DNA of 64,000 nt from a virus. Below, piece after piece: positions 1 through 9,872 of this stretch (its first letter is position 1; the number at the start of each line of letters is the position of its first letter). The position numbers were made by a program, and so were the translations under genes. Location of the stretch: IMG/VR virus record IMGVR_UViG_3300033144_002959, positions 1 to 64,000 of that record. One strand, 5' to 3'. Below the pieces are notes generated by a model, which saw only the letters and a program-made list of their open reading frames with translations, made no database searches and was not told the DNA's origin.

Positions 1-105
1 AATCATCGCGACCTCAAAATTGGACACCGCGAACTCAACGCCCTCAGCCGCAGCAGCAGCATTAACAGCGTCATTCGCCAACCAGTATTCATAAGGATTA
101 TTCAT
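1..105 (-). CDS. hypothetical protein, N-terminal part (runs off left edge)
   Basis: GGAGG RBS then ATG at 105, reading MNNPYEYWLAND..., open to position 1. Confidence 0.6.
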   Translation of the reverse strand, partial: MNNPYEYWLANDAVNAAAAAEGVEFAVSNFEVAMI

Positions 106-125
106 TTTGCCTCCATGTCTCAAAT

Positions 126-202
126 TGGGGTGGGCCACGAGATTCGAACTCGCGTCTTCAAGGATCACAACCTTGGGCTTTGGCCTCTAAGCTAGACCCA
201 CC
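126..202 (-). tRNA. tRNA-His (GTG)
   Basis: Cloverleaf on the minus strand: G-1/C73 pair, anticodon loop TTGTGAT, T-loop TTCGAAT, encoded CCA. Confidence 0.95.
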
Positions 203-218
203 ATCATTCTACATACGT

Positions 219-247
219 ATTATCTCATAGTGGGGCACGTTTGTCCA
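219..247 (-). promoter_or_regulatory. sigma70-like promoter for tRNA-His
   Basis: TGGACA-N17-GATAAT; 28 bp identical to the promoter at 23362-23389. Confidence 0.75.
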
Positions 248-252
248 ATTAT

Positions 253-879
253 TTACCCGTGTAAGTCCCTGATTTGGCTCAGGATTGGAGTATTTTTATG
301 GTTGATCCAGTATCCAAGGGTATAAAGGTTCCACCAAAGGGCCATATCCGCCCTGAAACGCCGCCTAACGGCCTCTAGCATACGTTTGTCGTAGTAGGTA
401 GGCCAAGGTGCATGTCGTCGCGCTGTGTACGGCTTAGTGGCAATGCTTCGCCCTAGATACTCAGTACAGACCGGGCCAAGGCACTGATCCAATTGCTCCA
501 GCTGAAAAATGATAATCCGACTGTCTGCTCCAATTGCATTCATTGCCAGCCTGTCAACCAGATCGACAACCTGCGACCGAAAGTGATCGTTCATTCCTTC
601 GTCCGGGGTCTCGCAAATCCAATCAACAAATTTAGGAAACGGCAATGCTGGCGCAAACGAATTGTGCTTCGGCATACCTTCGCGGTTGATCAGATGATTC
701 CAGCCAGACACGAGACGTGCAGCCGGGTGACGATGCGCAGTTACATACCAGACGTGATCGACATGCCCACGTTCCCAAACTTTTTCTTCGAAGCATCTTC
801 GCAGCTGTGACGACCCAGTCTTTTTTAATGCGATAACTTTGACCAGTCCGCGATCTTGAAAATCACTCATCGAACTCAC
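253..879 (-). CDS. sulfotransferase family protein (Sulfotransfer_2-like)
   Basis: KKTGSSQL (5'-PSB-like) and RHPAARLVSGW (3'-PB-like) motifs, NDHFRSQ; paralog at 28810-29397. Confidence 0.7.
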   Translation of the reverse strand: MSSMSDFQDRGLVKVIALKKTGSSQLRRCFEEKVWERGHVDHVWYVTAHRHPAARLVSGWNHLINREGMPKHNSFAPALPFPKFVDWICETPDEGMNDHFRSQVVDLVDRLAMNAIGADSRIIIFQLEQLDQCLGPVCTEYLGRSIATKPYTARRHAPWPTYYDKRMLEAVRRRFRADMALWWNLYTLGYWINHKNTPILSQIRDLHG

Positions 880-2782
880 GCATCTTTACGCCCTTCGCCA
901 GCATGTCACGAACTGACTGCGGTATCTGTGACTTGCTTATACTGTGCCGTGTATAAATTTCTTGTCGCCTCACCAACCCGAACACGACCCCGGCAATCGC
1001 GTCAGCACAATCCTTCGATCCGTGGGGAGGGTGATCGATCTTACCTTTCTTTGGCTCCCGCTCAAGACTCACGATTTCCTTCCGCGCTTTTTTGTGCTCG
1101 GGCATTTCTAAGCAATCATCGTACAGGCCGGTCTTCAAAACTTCGTAGCCACGAATGTCGGTGTCCAGACTCACAGTACCGGTTTCGAATTTCTGGTTGT
1201 GTAACAGCTGTAACGAATCAACCGACTGATACGAGTCATAAGTGATCCACTTGATTGGCAGGCCAAGTTCACGCAGCTTATAAAACAGCTCGCGTATTTT
1301 CCAGAACTTTATCTCACCCCCCTTTGGCGGACGCACTTCCAGAATCCCGTCGATCACATAATTAGGAAGCATTTCAATTGTCTGCCCGATCATTCGCTTT
1401 GTGAATTTCTCCACGTAGCCAATCGCCACCCCGGCACTGTCACTGGTCAGGCCCAAATCAACATGCGCCCATCGAGGTTCGCTCAAATCAGTGAATCGAT
1501 CCGGGTAAAACTGCAACTGGGTACCTTCGAAGTCGCACGAGTCAGTCGAGAATATCGACTTACGCTTTTTACTCATGGCTCGCTGTACAGCTTCGGTATC
1601 CATGATGAACGGGAACCGAGCCATCGTTGATACACCAGCAATTTCACGCAGTGCCTTAATGATGTCTTTCTCAAATTGACCCAGCTCTTCAAGCGGGATA
1701 CTACGGACCAGTCGTTTACGGTCTTCCTTGTCCAGCCCTCTGAAATCTTCCTTGCTCAGTACCTTCGGCTTACGGAATTCGTCACCGACGAATACCTTGA
1801 ATCGCTCCTTACCATAGGCACCCGGCTTCACGTGCCACGTGCATTTGTCATACACGTAAATTGTCGGATCGGTTCGCGCTTCCTCTTCCTTGATGTCAGT
1901 GAACTGCCCCGGATAACGCCGGGACGAAACCAAGCACAAAATTCCCGGCAACACTCCATGCTTCATAAATCGGGACCGACGTCTGGTTGCGATTGATCGG
2001 TATAGTGCGATTGCCTGATCGTAAACGCCACCATCAATTGACGCCCTAGACTTCTCGATCACGCCCATATAATTCAGCTCATCGATCACGCCACCCATAA
2101 TGTTCTCACCAATGGTTGCGGTTTCGACACTGGACACCGGCTGAACCTCAATTCGATTCGGAAATGCCAGCTTAGATTTCAGTTCTTTGTCGAACTTGAA
2201 CTCTTCCATGAAATACCGGCTACGTTCGATCATCGCCCGGAAACGGTTGTAGCCAGTTTCCTCTGCGGTCTTTTTACGGATCGACTGGAACACAAACATG
2301 ATTTCAGAACTGGGGTCCAGATCGAATTGAGCGTGAGGTTCTTTCATGCAGCTCAACAGGTAAAGCTGGTACGCCGTTGTGTACAGTGCCGTTGTTGTTT
2401 TGCCAGACCCAATGCCCCCCGTACAAACAACTTCAACATATTTGCCGGAGTTGATTTCGATCAGCTCTTTCAGGACTTCTGGGTATATGACTTTCTTCGC
2501 ATTCATGAAATACGAATCAGTCAGGAAGGTATGGATATCGACCGGCTTATGGTTGTACTTGACCCAGTCAGCTTCATGCAAACTGGTAAGTTCTTTTTTG
2601 CCGCTGGTCAGATCGGCATAAATTAGCCCACACAAGTCCAGCCGAGACGTTGGGTTTTTGATTAAATCAATTCGGTTCCAAACTGCTGTCGCTATCTCGG
2701 AGCTGTACGATTCCAGTAACAGATTACGAGTTGCTGACTCGACGCTGGCCAGCCCCCGATCCGTTATGGTTATCAATGACAT
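863..2782 (-). CDS. terL: terminase large subunit
   Basis: Walker A GGIGSGKT, Walker B VIDE, nuclease motifs AHVDLG and KIDHPPHGSKDCADA. Confidence 0.93.
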   Translation of the reverse strand: MSLITITDRGLASVESATRNLLLESYSSEIATAVWNRIDLIKNPTSRLDLCGLIYADLTSGKKELTSLHEADWVKYNHKPVDIHTFLTDSYFMNAKKVIYPEVLKELIEINSGKYVEVVCTGGIGSGKTTTALYTTAYQLYLLSCMKEPHAQFDLDPSSEIMFVFQSIRKKTAEETGYNRFRAMIERSRYFMEEFKFDKELKSKLAFPNRIEVQPVSSVETATIGENIMGGVIDELNYMGVIEKSRASIDGGVYDQAIALYRSIATRRRSRFMKHGVLPGILCLVSSRRYPGQFTDIKEEEARTDPTIYVYDKCTWHVKPGAYGKERFKVFVGDEFRKPKVLSKEDFRGLDKEDRKRLVRSIPLEELGQFEKDIIKALREIAGVSTMARFPFIMDTEAVQRAMSKKRKSIFSTDSCDFEGTQLQFYPDRFTDLSEPRWAHVDLGLTSDSAGVAIGYVEKFTKRMIGQTIEMLPNYVIDGILEVRPPKGGEIKFWKIRELFYKLRELGLPIKWITYDSYQSVDSLQLLHNQKFETGTVSLDTDIRGYEVLKTGLYDDCLEMPEHKKARKEIVSLEREPKKGKIDHPPHGSKDCADAIAGVVFGLVRRQEIYTRHSISKSQIPQSVRDMLAKGVKMREFDE

Positions 2783-3395
2783 GGTACTCAGCCTCTACAA
2801 TGCGTAGCAAATCCATCGTTGCATCAGACACTTCCTGAAACGACGTTCGGTTGTTGACGTACTTCTCATACGATTCGGAATTTTCGTGTGGCACCAGATG
2901 CAGGCCCCCGGTCTTCGGAACACGTCGCCGTAGCCCGGTATCAAATTCCATTTCCAACAAGTCTTTAAGCAGACTGGACAACGCAAGGATATCTTTGCTC
3001 AGCCAGCTCAGAGGCATAATATATTTCTCTTCGCGAGTCACCGTCGCCATGATTCGGTTACGTTGCAAATTCACCAGCTCATTCATGCCAGACACAGCAT
3101 CAACGCGCTCACCCAGCCCCTCAAGGATGGCCATTTTTTCTTCGGTGGAAATCGGGTCCAATTGATTGGACGGTGCAGTCAGAAGTTCGGTTGATTTGTA
3201 CCGGGATAATTGCTTTGCAAGCGACGCCTCGGAGACGCCTTTGTATTTGCCCCAGTCTTTTTGAATGACCTTCGCAATGTCCAGTGAGTTTTCATTCTGC
3301 ATCATCATGGAATTGATCGATGCAATTCGTTCGTCGCCCAGTGCAAACAGCCGCTTGAATGCGGTTTTCTTTTTTGATTTGAAGGTTACCGACAT
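2724..3395 (-). CDS. putative terminase small subunit
   Basis: Directly upstream of terL; helical HTH-like N-terminus followed by a coiled segment. Confidence 0.5.
   Translation of the reverse strand: MSVTFKSKKKTAFKRLFALGDERIASINSMMMQNENSLDIAKVIQKDWGKYKGVSEASLAKQLSRYKSTELLTAPSNQLDPISTEEKMAILEGLGERVDAVSGMNELVNLQRNRIMATVTREEKYIMPLSWLSKDILALSSLLKDLLEMEFDTGLRRRVPKTGGLHLVPHENSESYEKYVNNRTSFQEVSDATMDLLRIVEAEYHVIDNHNGSGAGQRRVSNS
3156..3171. repeat. dispersed 16-bp quasi-palindrome GTCCAATTGATTGGAC (inside CDS)
   Basis: Exact copy of a motif seen 9 times in the window. Confidence 0.9.
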
Positions 3396-3421
3396 AAGTC
3401 CACTGCCCCGGTTGGTCAGTC

Positions 3422-3450
3422 AGCATATATGACCTGTCTGTCTTTGACAA
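3422..3450 (-). promoter_or_regulatory. sigma70-like promoter upstream of terminase genes
   Basis: TTGTCA-N17-TATGCT in an intergenic gap. Confidence 0.55.
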
Positions 3451-3513
3451 ACTTTCCGGGCAAAAGAAAAGACAGAGGGCGCTATGCCATACCCTGCCTC
3501 GCTTCGTTGTTAC

Positions 3514-3765
3514 TTAGTCACGTGTTGTTTTGTCTGCGGTCGTGTCCACAGACGCTACGAACTTTTCCCACGGCATCTTCGGGACGTCTTCACCGAGCAC
3601 CTTTAGTTTCGCGATGATCCGGTCCATGTCGTTTTCCAATCGCCCGATCCGTGGACTCATGTGCCGCGCCAGCGCCATGCCACAATCGTACCCATCCAGT
3701 ATGGCATTCCAGTGCCGGTATTTTCGCCGCAGCTTTGCTTTGAGTCGATCAACTTTCGTCAGCAT
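3514..3765 (-). CDS. hypothetical protein
   Basis: ORF coupled to its neighbours in the early-gene run. Confidence 0.6.
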   Translation of the reverse strand: MLTKVDRLKAKLRRKYRHWNAILDGYDCGMALARHMSPRIGRLENDMDRIIAKLKVLGEDVPKMPWEKFVASVDTTADKTTRD

Positions 3766-3968
3766 TTTGCCCCCTTTGCGTTAATTTCTCCCGACTCAAT
3801 CATGCCCGCCGCCGTGCGGCCAAACCATCCTTGCAGGGTCCAGCAGACACCCGTGTCCACAAGAAACTGCCATGCCTCAAGGTACTCTTCCTCAGTCTCG
3901 ACTTCGTACCCCTCAGCCCCTTCAGCTATCATTACCGCGTTGAACATATCCACTAGATTCCCTCCCAC
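3759..3968 (-). CDS. small conserved phage hypothetical protein
   Basis: AWQFLVDTGxxWTLQGWFGR motif recalled from small phage proteins; coupled ORF. Confidence 0.7.
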   Translation of the reverse strand: MGGNLVDMFNAVMIAEGAEGYEVETEEEYLEAWQFLVDTGVCWTLQGWFGRTAAGMIESGEINAKGAKC

Positions 3969-4258
3969 ATATCGAGCCGTTCTTTAGCCCATTGTTTGAA
4001 ATCAGAAATTGTCGGGAAAGTGTTGGCCCCGACTGTGTCCACTACATGATCTTTTGAATCCGTCAGTCGCCACGTATCGTTGCGATAGTTGAAATAAAGT
4101 TTGCCAGTCTCTCGCTGGCCCTTAATCGAAATAATGTACGGCGACTGCTCCATTACTTTTTCCTCCGGGCATCCATGCCTTCCATCCATGCTTTGAATTT
4201 TTTCCAAGTCATCGGCGGCATCCCGTTGGCTTTTCTTTCCCAGCGATCTTCGCGCCAC
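3953..4258 (-). CDS. hypothetical protein
   Basis: ORF overlapping its neighbour. Confidence 0.6.
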   Translation of the reverse strand: MARRSLGKKSQRDAADDLEKIQSMDGRHGCPEEKVMEQSPYIISIKGQRETGKLYFNYRNDTWRLTDSKDHVVDTVGANTFPTISDFKQWAKERLDMWEGI

Positions 4259-4286
4259 ATTTCTTTCCAGTTGGCTTCTCGTCTGT

Positions 4287-4550
4287 TCATGCTTCCACCA
4301 CCTTTACTTCAACCATTTCCAATTCCTCTTTGAACGGATTACGTACGCTCAACCACCAATCGTCTGTTGCGATTATTGCGGCTTCGACTTCGTGCTTTTC
4401 GTTAGTAACCCAAATTGAATCGTATTCGCTATCACTCAGAACCACTGACATTTCTGCACAGTAATCCCCGTCAGCATTCGAAGACATGGTGTACCGTACA
4501 AACGGTTTGCCCGGTCTGTTCGTGAACCGTAGGGCATAATGGCTTTTCAT
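4287..4550 (-). CDS. hypothetical protein
   Basis: AGGAG RBS, 87-aa ORF. Confidence 0.65.
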   Translation of the reverse strand: MKSHYALRFTNRPGKPFVRYTMSSNADGDYCAEMSVVLSDSEYDSIWVTNEKHEVEAAIIATDDWWLSVRNPFKEELEMVEVKVVEA

Positions 4551-4559
4551 TTAATGCTC

Positions 4560-4958
4560 CTAGTAATTCCGCAAATAATTGGGTCCGGTCCAGACGTAGT
4601 TTCTACCGTACGCCGCAGACGCGATGTTGCCTCGGGCATGTTTCGCTGGAGCCTTCCAGCTTGCTGCCTTGAGCAAGTCGCCGTTCTCCATGTTGACGAA
4701 ACCCCAAACGCTGCCCCCGGAATTATTGGTATCCCGAGCTATGATCTTCGCGTACTTCCTGCCAAATTTGACAGTGAATACCTTCGATGGATCATACGCA
4801 TCAGCGTCACCATTCGAAAACTTGGGATAGGACCGGTTCAAATCAATATTGGACTCGGTCTCGACCCGTTTCACAAACTCTCGGATTTTTTCTTTCATCC
4901 GCTCAACAGCCCGTGGCTCATAATAGCCGGGGAATGTTTCTCCTACTGTTTTCATCAC
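4560..4958 (-). CDS. conserved phage hypothetical protein
   Basis: GRKYAKI...GFV...GDLLKAASWKAPAKHARGNI motif recalled from a common phage family. Confidence 0.75.
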   Translation of the reverse strand: MMKTVGETFPGYYEPRAVERMKEKIREFVKRVETESNIDLNRSYPKFSNGDADAYDPSKVFTVKFGRKYAKIIARDTNNSGGSVWGFVNMENGDLLKAASWKAPAKHARGNIASAAYGRNYVWTGPNYLRNY

Positions 4959-5599
4959 GCTGCCTCCTTGACTGGGTCGTAAATTACTTCCTCTTCGCCG
5001 CGACCGTTTGTGTAATACAGTGCGTCGCTTCGATTGATTTCTCTCTTCAGCACCACGCCATCGTCCCTGAATCTATTGGCGAAAAACTCTGCGGTCTCTT
5101 CGCTCAGGGTCCAGCTGATGCCGTTGTTGTCATCGTCCACCCCGGTGCCTCGATAAATTGTAAACGTCTCGGGCAAGTCAGCCAGTGCTGCACAGGGCAT
5201 ATACTCAAATAAGGGTAACCAGAATTCTCGGTTCACGCCGGGATTTTCCGCGTCAATGTAAACGCCCTCGACCAGCTCAATTTCTTCCGTGGTCAGATTC
5301 TCTGCGTCCCAGTACCCATCACTCAACGCTTCAAGCAAGGCACCGAATCGAAACGGTCTCTCATGTAACCAGACAAACTCGGACCAGTTTTCCTTTTCCC
5401 GAGCCTCTTCGACCGCCGCCTTTTTCAATTTGAAACGAGCGTTAATCACGGCATTCATTGCGTCGTGATACAGCTCATTGATCAGGGGGTGCTTGATGAA
5501 CACGAACCCAAACTTTTCGTCAGGCTCTTCGACGTAATCAACCAAGTCAGGATGCAAATCCTCTTTGGTGTTCATCAGCTTGTTAAGGTCAAACGTCAT
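4955..5599 (-). CDS. putative ADP-ribosyltransferase-fold protein (R-S-E type)
   Basis: C-terminal IYRG...ISWTLS...GEEEVI motif order; first gene after a promoter, GGAGG RBS. Confidence 0.55.
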   Translation of the reverse strand: MTFDLNKLMNTKEDLHPDLVDYVEEPDEKFGFVFIKHPLINELYHDAMNAVINARFKLKKAAVEEAREKENWSEFVWLHERPFRFGALLEALSDGYWDAENLTTEEIELVEGVYIDAENPGVNREFWLPLFEYMPCAALADLPETFTIYRGTGVDDDNNGISWTLSEETAEFFANRFRDDGVVLKREINRSDALYYTNGRGEEEVIYDPVKEAA

Positions 5600-5628
5600 G
5601 CAGCCTCCATGTCTATTTCTACATACTC

Positions 5629-5657
5629 AGTATGCCTGAATGCCGCACGTTTGTCAA
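5629..5657 (-). promoter_or_regulatory. sigma70-like promoter
   Basis: TTGACA-N17-CATACT. Confidence 0.75.
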
Positions 5658-5977
5658 ATAGGCTCAATCTTGATGCGGTACCGGAACAGGCCCTTGACCA
5701 CATACTTCCGCTGGATATTCAGACCTCCGAATTTCTTCTTTCGCAAGTCACGCAGCCGTGCCGATATGCTGCTCTCTGGATCGCCGGTCACCGCCGCTAT
5801 TTCCCCGAGGCTTCGCCACTGACCATCCTTCATCAAATCGTAAACCCGCAGCATCTGTGCTCCGAGTCTAAACTGATCGCGGGTCTCTTCGTAAGTTTCA
5901 CCGTCAAATTCCATGTCCCCAATATGGGGAATGCCAGACACGATGCCCTGCTTAATGATTTTGACAGTCATTACCAA
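5654..5977 (-). CDS. winged HTH DNA-binding protein
   Basis: WRSLGEIAAVTGDPESSISARLRDLRK helix-turn-helix pattern. Confidence 0.7.
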   Translation of the reverse strand: MVMTVKIIKQGIVSGIPHIGDMEFDGETYEETRDQFRLGAQMLRVYDLMKDGQWRSLGEIAAVTGDPESSISARLRDLRKKKFGGLNIQRKYVVKGLFRYRIKIEPI

Positions 5978-6222
5978 TCCGGTGGATAGCGCCCGTATTC
6001 GTCTTTTCGACCAATCAGGTACCGCTTGTGCCCGGTCTCCCTGTTGAGCTGAACCAGCACCAACAGGCCGGGGTCTTTATCGAAAGCATCCTTGACAATC
6101 TCTCTAATCCAGACCGTCGCTTTCGCGTGATCGTGTTCTGCCATGATCACGTATTGCTGGGCCAGAGTACCCCGGAGAGACACAGCCAGTTCCGACCGCT
6201 GCATCCCTCCGTTCGCTTTCAT
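5971..6222 (-). CDS. hypothetical protein
   Basis: Translationally coupled ORF. Confidence 0.6.
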   Translation of the reverse strand: MKANGGMQRSELAVSLRGTLAQQYVIMAEHDHAKATVWIREIVKDAFDKDPGLLVLVQLNRETGHKRYLIGRKDEYGRYPPDW

Positions 6223-7046
6223 TACTCAGACTCGACCATCAGGTCAACATCAGGCCAGACTATTTCGAACACTCCAAGTACCTCTTCCCACGTGAAGTTT
6301 TCCATGTAGTCTTTGAGACCTTCCTTGGTTGCCTTCTCGGGTTTGGCATCCGCAGCCTTGTCGGCTTTGGCTTCCGCAGCTGGCTTGGTTGGGCCAGCGA
6401 GGTAGTCCATCGCAATCGCTTCCAGCGCCACTGCCGGGAACTCGGTCCCTGCTTCGGTCTTCGCCTTATCGAGTGCGTTGTTGATCAATTCTTTCTGATC
6501 ATCGTGAACCTTGAAAGTCATTGACGAAATTTTCTTCGCGTCTGACTCCGAACCCTTAGTACCGTCTCCGGCATTCTGATCCTTGATGTACGCAATCAGC
6601 TGCATGACGGTCATGTCTTTTGCCCGTTTCACCCAGCCCTTCACGTTCTTTTTGGTCATCACATTGACCAGTTCTTTCAGCTTCGACCAGCCGACGTCTT
6701 TCACTTCCTCCCACTGGACCCCGGACTCAAGTAGTCCGTTGTAAATTCCAATCAGGTGGAAAGCCTTCGACCGCTTGATGCCAAATCGCGACTCCACAAA
6801 CTCAGGGAACTTTTCGAACCCTTCCTCTGTGTACCACTGCTCTGTGTGGATTCGAGCGAGAATTCCGCCCAGCCTGAAATACGAAAATTCGATATCGTCT
6901 TCCAGCGTCGCTGCCGCTTCAAAAGCGGCATCCTTGGTCATGTTCTCAACTTCGTGAGCGACTGTGACAATTACATCTGTCGTTTTCTGCTTCGCCTTTG
7001 AAGTCTTTTTCTTGCTCGCTTTCTTTGTTACCTTCGCTACAGCCAT
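6222..7046 (-). CDS. putative DNA-binding protein
   Basis: Lys-rich N-terminus, HTH-like FVESRFGIKRSKAFHLI segment; own promoter and AGGAG RBS. Confidence 0.55.
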   Translation of the reverse strand: MAVAKVTKKASKKKTSKAKQKTTDVIVTVAHEVENMTKDAAFEAAATLEDDIEFSYFRLGGILARIHTEQWYTEEGFEKFPEFVESRFGIKRSKAFHLIGIYNGLLESGVQWEEVKDVGWSKLKELVNVMTKKNVKGWVKRAKDMTVMQLIAYIKDQNAGDGTKGSESDAKKISSMTFKVHDDQKELINNALDKAKTEAGTEFPAVALEAIAMDYLAGPTKPAAEAKADKAADAKPEKATKEGLKDYMENFTWEEVLGVFEIVWPDVDLMVESE

Positions 7047-7085
7047 TGCTGTCTCCTATTCTCAGTTTCTAACTCTGACTGTCCA

Positions 7086-7114
7086 AATATATAGCATGAC
7101 GCCACATTTGTCAA
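7086..7114 (-). promoter_or_regulatory. sigma70-like promoter
   Basis: TTGACA-N17-TATATT. Confidence 0.75.
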
Positions 7115-7647
7115 ATGAACAATCTCAGATTTTCAGCCTTCCATGCGTGTAATAGCTTTCGTTGATCGGCTTTCAGGTGGGGATCAAGATCAGGGCAACC
7201 GGCGTATAGACCAAGCGCAGCAAGACCAAACGCATCGCACTCATTATCGGTCCCTTCAAATCTCCATTGCTTATAAACCTCCAGCATTATACCGTCTTTT
7301 TTCGTGTTCCCCTTACCGGAAACAAACTTTTTTAATTGCGTCGGTGCGGCACTGGCCCACGGAATTCCCGACTCATGCAACGCCAGCCGGATAGCAGTTC
7401 CAATCTCGACCAACGTCACCAACGTATGTTTGTTCGCAAAGCCGTAACCCTCGATCACAACCAGATTCGGTTGAAACCCAATCAGGTCGTCTTTAACTCT
7501 CTGTCCAATTGATTGGACACGGGTCATGCCCTTCTGTCCGGGGAACGTAATCTCACCGCTCTGCACCACGTGAAGCGACTCACCGTCTTTGTCTTCCATC
7601 CAAACGAATCCAGTTTTCGTGGATGGGTCCAGTCCCATAACCTTCAT
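7111..7647 (-). CDS. ruvC: RuvC-like Holliday junction resolvase
   Basis: MGLDPS, VVIEG, PTQLKKFVSGKGN, DNECDA catalytic pattern. Confidence 0.88.
   Translation of the reverse strand: MKVMGLDPSTKTGFVWMEDKDGESLHVVQSGEITFPGQKGMTRVQSIGQRVKDDLIGFQPNLVVIEGYGFANKHTLVTLVEIGTAIRLALHESGIPWASAAPTQLKKFVSGKGNTKKDGIMLEVYKQWRFEGTDNECDAFGLAALGLYAGCPDLDPHLKADQRKLLHAWKAENLRLFI
7503..7518. repeat. dispersed 16-bp quasi-palindrome (inside ruvC)
   Basis: GTCCAATTGATTGGAC exact. Confidence 0.9.
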
Positions 7648-7656
7648 CGTCCCCTC

Positions 7657-8511
7657 CTAGAGCGTCGCGCCCGATTTGAATTTGCCTGAGAAACATTCTT
7701 GTACGACCTTGCAGGCTTTTGCTCTCTTGCAGGTCGCGGAGGCGCAGACTTTTTTGGGTACCTTGCCGGTTTCACGGTAGGCTTGAAACTCAGCCGCCCT
7801 AGCAACGATTTGATCAGTTTGCGTATCATCACGTTCAACCTCATATTCTTTGAATGGTGTAAGTACACCCTCATCAGGATTCCAGTTGCCGTATGACTTA
7901 GCAATATACAACACATGCCCGACAGAGGTTTCGACCCGGTGTTCAAGTGGACTATCAGCAATCATTCGTAAGTACAGGTTTGTACGCAACCTATGCTCTG
8001 CAAGTGGCGCTTTTAATTCAACAAATTTCTCTTTGATCATCGTCTTCAGCTCGATCAATCGGGCCTTCGGCTTACCAACATCGAGAAATAAATCAAACCC
8101 GCTTGTGATCGGCGGGATTTTCAACCGGACTTCGGAATATCGCCAGTTACAATTTATGTCTTCCCGGTCGCATCCTGTCTTTGGTTTTTTCTGGAATGAT
8201 CGTACTGTGCCACAACTCGCACACTTCCAATCGCCCAGCGCGAACTCAACCAGATAGTCATTGCAAACCCGGTCCCCGATATCAACGCCCATGTCAAACG
8301 TGTGTCGCATCGGTGCAGCAATCGCGAATCCTTTTTTCGCTTTGCCAATAGTGTGGTGAATCGCATATTCCTTCGGGCAAAATTCATCGTCTTTGGTCAT
8401 GTCCGATGCGTGTACTTCATCAACGCCACGGTGCGGATCATACGCCGACATGCTGCCGTGAAGCAGAGACACAATCGATGTTGGCTTAACGACTTTTTTC
8501 AGGAAACTCAT
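7657..8511 (-). CDS. Cas4-like / PD-(D/E)XK exonuclease
   Basis: N-terminal CP, FDL...ELKT, C-terminal Cys cluster; start taken at MSFLKK (8511), overlapping the end of the upstream gene. Confidence 0.75.
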   Translation of the reverse strand: MSFLKKVVKPTSIVSLLHGSMSAYDPHRGVDEVHASDMTKDDEFCPKEYAIHHTIGKAKKGFAIAAPMRHTFDMGVDIGDRVCNDYLVEFALGDWKCASCGTVRSFQKKPKTGCDREDINCNWRYSEVRLKIPPITSGFDLFLDVGKPKARLIELKTMIKEKFVELKAPLAEHRLRTNLYLRMIADSPLEHRVETSVGHVLYIAKSYGNWNPDEGVLTPFKEYEVERDDTQTDQIVARAAEFQAYRETGKVPKKVCASATCKRAKACKVVQECFSGKFKSGATL

Positions 8512-8851
8512 TCGCGATGCTCTTATAAACCTGCTCGGGTACCAGCACCCAACTTCCTTGGTGCCTGATCCGCCCATCTTTTGATACGAACTGAATTGTC
8601 AGGCTCGGTTGTTCTCCTTGCTCCAGAGCCTCCTGCGAAATCTTCAGCAGGTCATCCAACTTAACACGAATCGAATCATGAATCGTGCTCTTCGATTCAT
8701 TGCGAAAATTACCCAGCACCATGTCTCCCTTCGCATGATCTAGTGCCCCTGACGCTGGGGTTAGGAGCGCACCCAAACGTTTGGCACATCGCTTCTCAGC
8801 CCTTTGTCCGTGGTCTTTGGCCTGCCCCGGTCGGTATGCCTTAATCATCAA
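8486..8851 (-). CDS. PD-(D/E)XK endonuclease / resolvase-like protein
   Basis: E...SGA...KGD...ESKST pattern. Confidence 0.65.
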   Translation of the reverse strand: MMIKAYRPGQAKDHGQRAEKRCAKRLGALLTPASGALDHAKGDMVLGNFRNESKSTIHDSIRVKLDDLLKISQEALEQGEQPSLTIQFVSKDGRIRHQGSWVLVPEQVYKSIANEFPEKSR

Positions 8852-9872
8852 CTACCGCCAGTGCCTTCTCGATAATTCGATTCTCAACTTCCTGCAAAAT
8901 TAACGGGTCTTCGTACAACGCATTTCGTAATGCCTTCAAAGTTTTATATTCCTCGCCATCGAATGCCCACGGCTTGCCGGGTTTCTCTTGCGTCAACCAG
9001 CCGTAATTTTTCAGGTATGTTGAGACTGTGTTCCAACTGTCCACGTGGCCCAGCTGCAATTTCCCCGGCACCGTCACCGAGTGCATGTTGAACTTAAACG
9101 TTCGCGACGTCACTGGTACTTTGAATTTCTTGATTTGCCCGTTGACTTCCTTCCACGCTGGCATAGATGCGTGGAATTTCTTGTCTTCGACATCTTTGCC
9201 ATACAGTCTAATCGTCATCTTCGACGCAAACTTAAACGCGAATCCTCCCGGCATGGTCTCCGGGTTTCCGTACAGCACTCCGATCTTGTGTCGAATCTGA
9301 TTGATCGCAATCACCAGCGGGTACCGGCCTTCACGTTTCGCCTGATTGATTGCCGTTGTCAGCTTTCGATAGAATTTACTAATGATTAAACCGGCACCAC
9401 CGACACTAGCTTTCTCAGCCGAACTCACGACTTCGTTTTCAGGTGCCATCGCAGCCAGAGAATCTATCACAACGATGCCGATATCCTCGGCCTCCAGCAA
9501 AGCAATCACAATATCGACAACCTGCTCAGCGTAGTCAGGAAGCGCGTACACCAGCTTACTGTTATCTACCCCTAGGGTCTTGCCCCAACTCGGCTCATAC
9601 GCGCCCTCAAGGTCTAGGAACGCACATTTCAGGTGCGGCTTTAGGATTTGGCACTGGGCTATGGCTCGCAATGCCAGCGTGGATTTCAAAGATGACTCGG
9701 GGCCGTACACGATTGATACGCCGCCCATTGGGAAGCCGCCGCCAGTCGCCAGATCAAATGGAAACCAGCCTGTTGGTATTCGATCAGCTTCGGCCCAGTT
9801 AATTCCTTCGCCAGCAACCGACGTACCATATTCGTCATTGATCCCCTTGACAATATCCTTGACCTTCGGCAC
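8841..9872 (-). CDS. recA: RecA-like recombinase
   Basis: YGPESSLKST, VVIDSLAAM, INQIRHKIGVLYGNPETMPGG. Confidence 0.95.
   Translation of the reverse strand: MPKVKDIVKGINDEYGTSVAGEGINWAEADRIPTGWFPFDLATGGGFPMGGVSIVYGPESSLKSTLALRAIAQCQILKPHLKCAFLDLEGAYEPSWGKTLGVDNSKLVYALPDYAEQVVDIVIALLEAEDIGIVVIDSLAAMAPENEVVSSAEKASVGGAGLIISKFYRKLTTAINQAKREGRYPLVIAINQIRHKIGVLYGNPETMPGGFAFKFASKMTIRLYGKDVEDKKFHASMPAWKEVNGQIKKFKVPVTSRTFKFNMHSVTVPGKLQLGHVDSWNTVSTYLKNYGWLTQEKPGKPWAFDGEEYKTLKALRNALYEDPLILQEVENRIIEKALAVVDD

Noticed and set aside
7657-8511. CRISPR-Cas system
   Set aside because: The Cas4-like nuclease is solo in a recombination module, and no repeat-spacer array was seen anywhere in the window.
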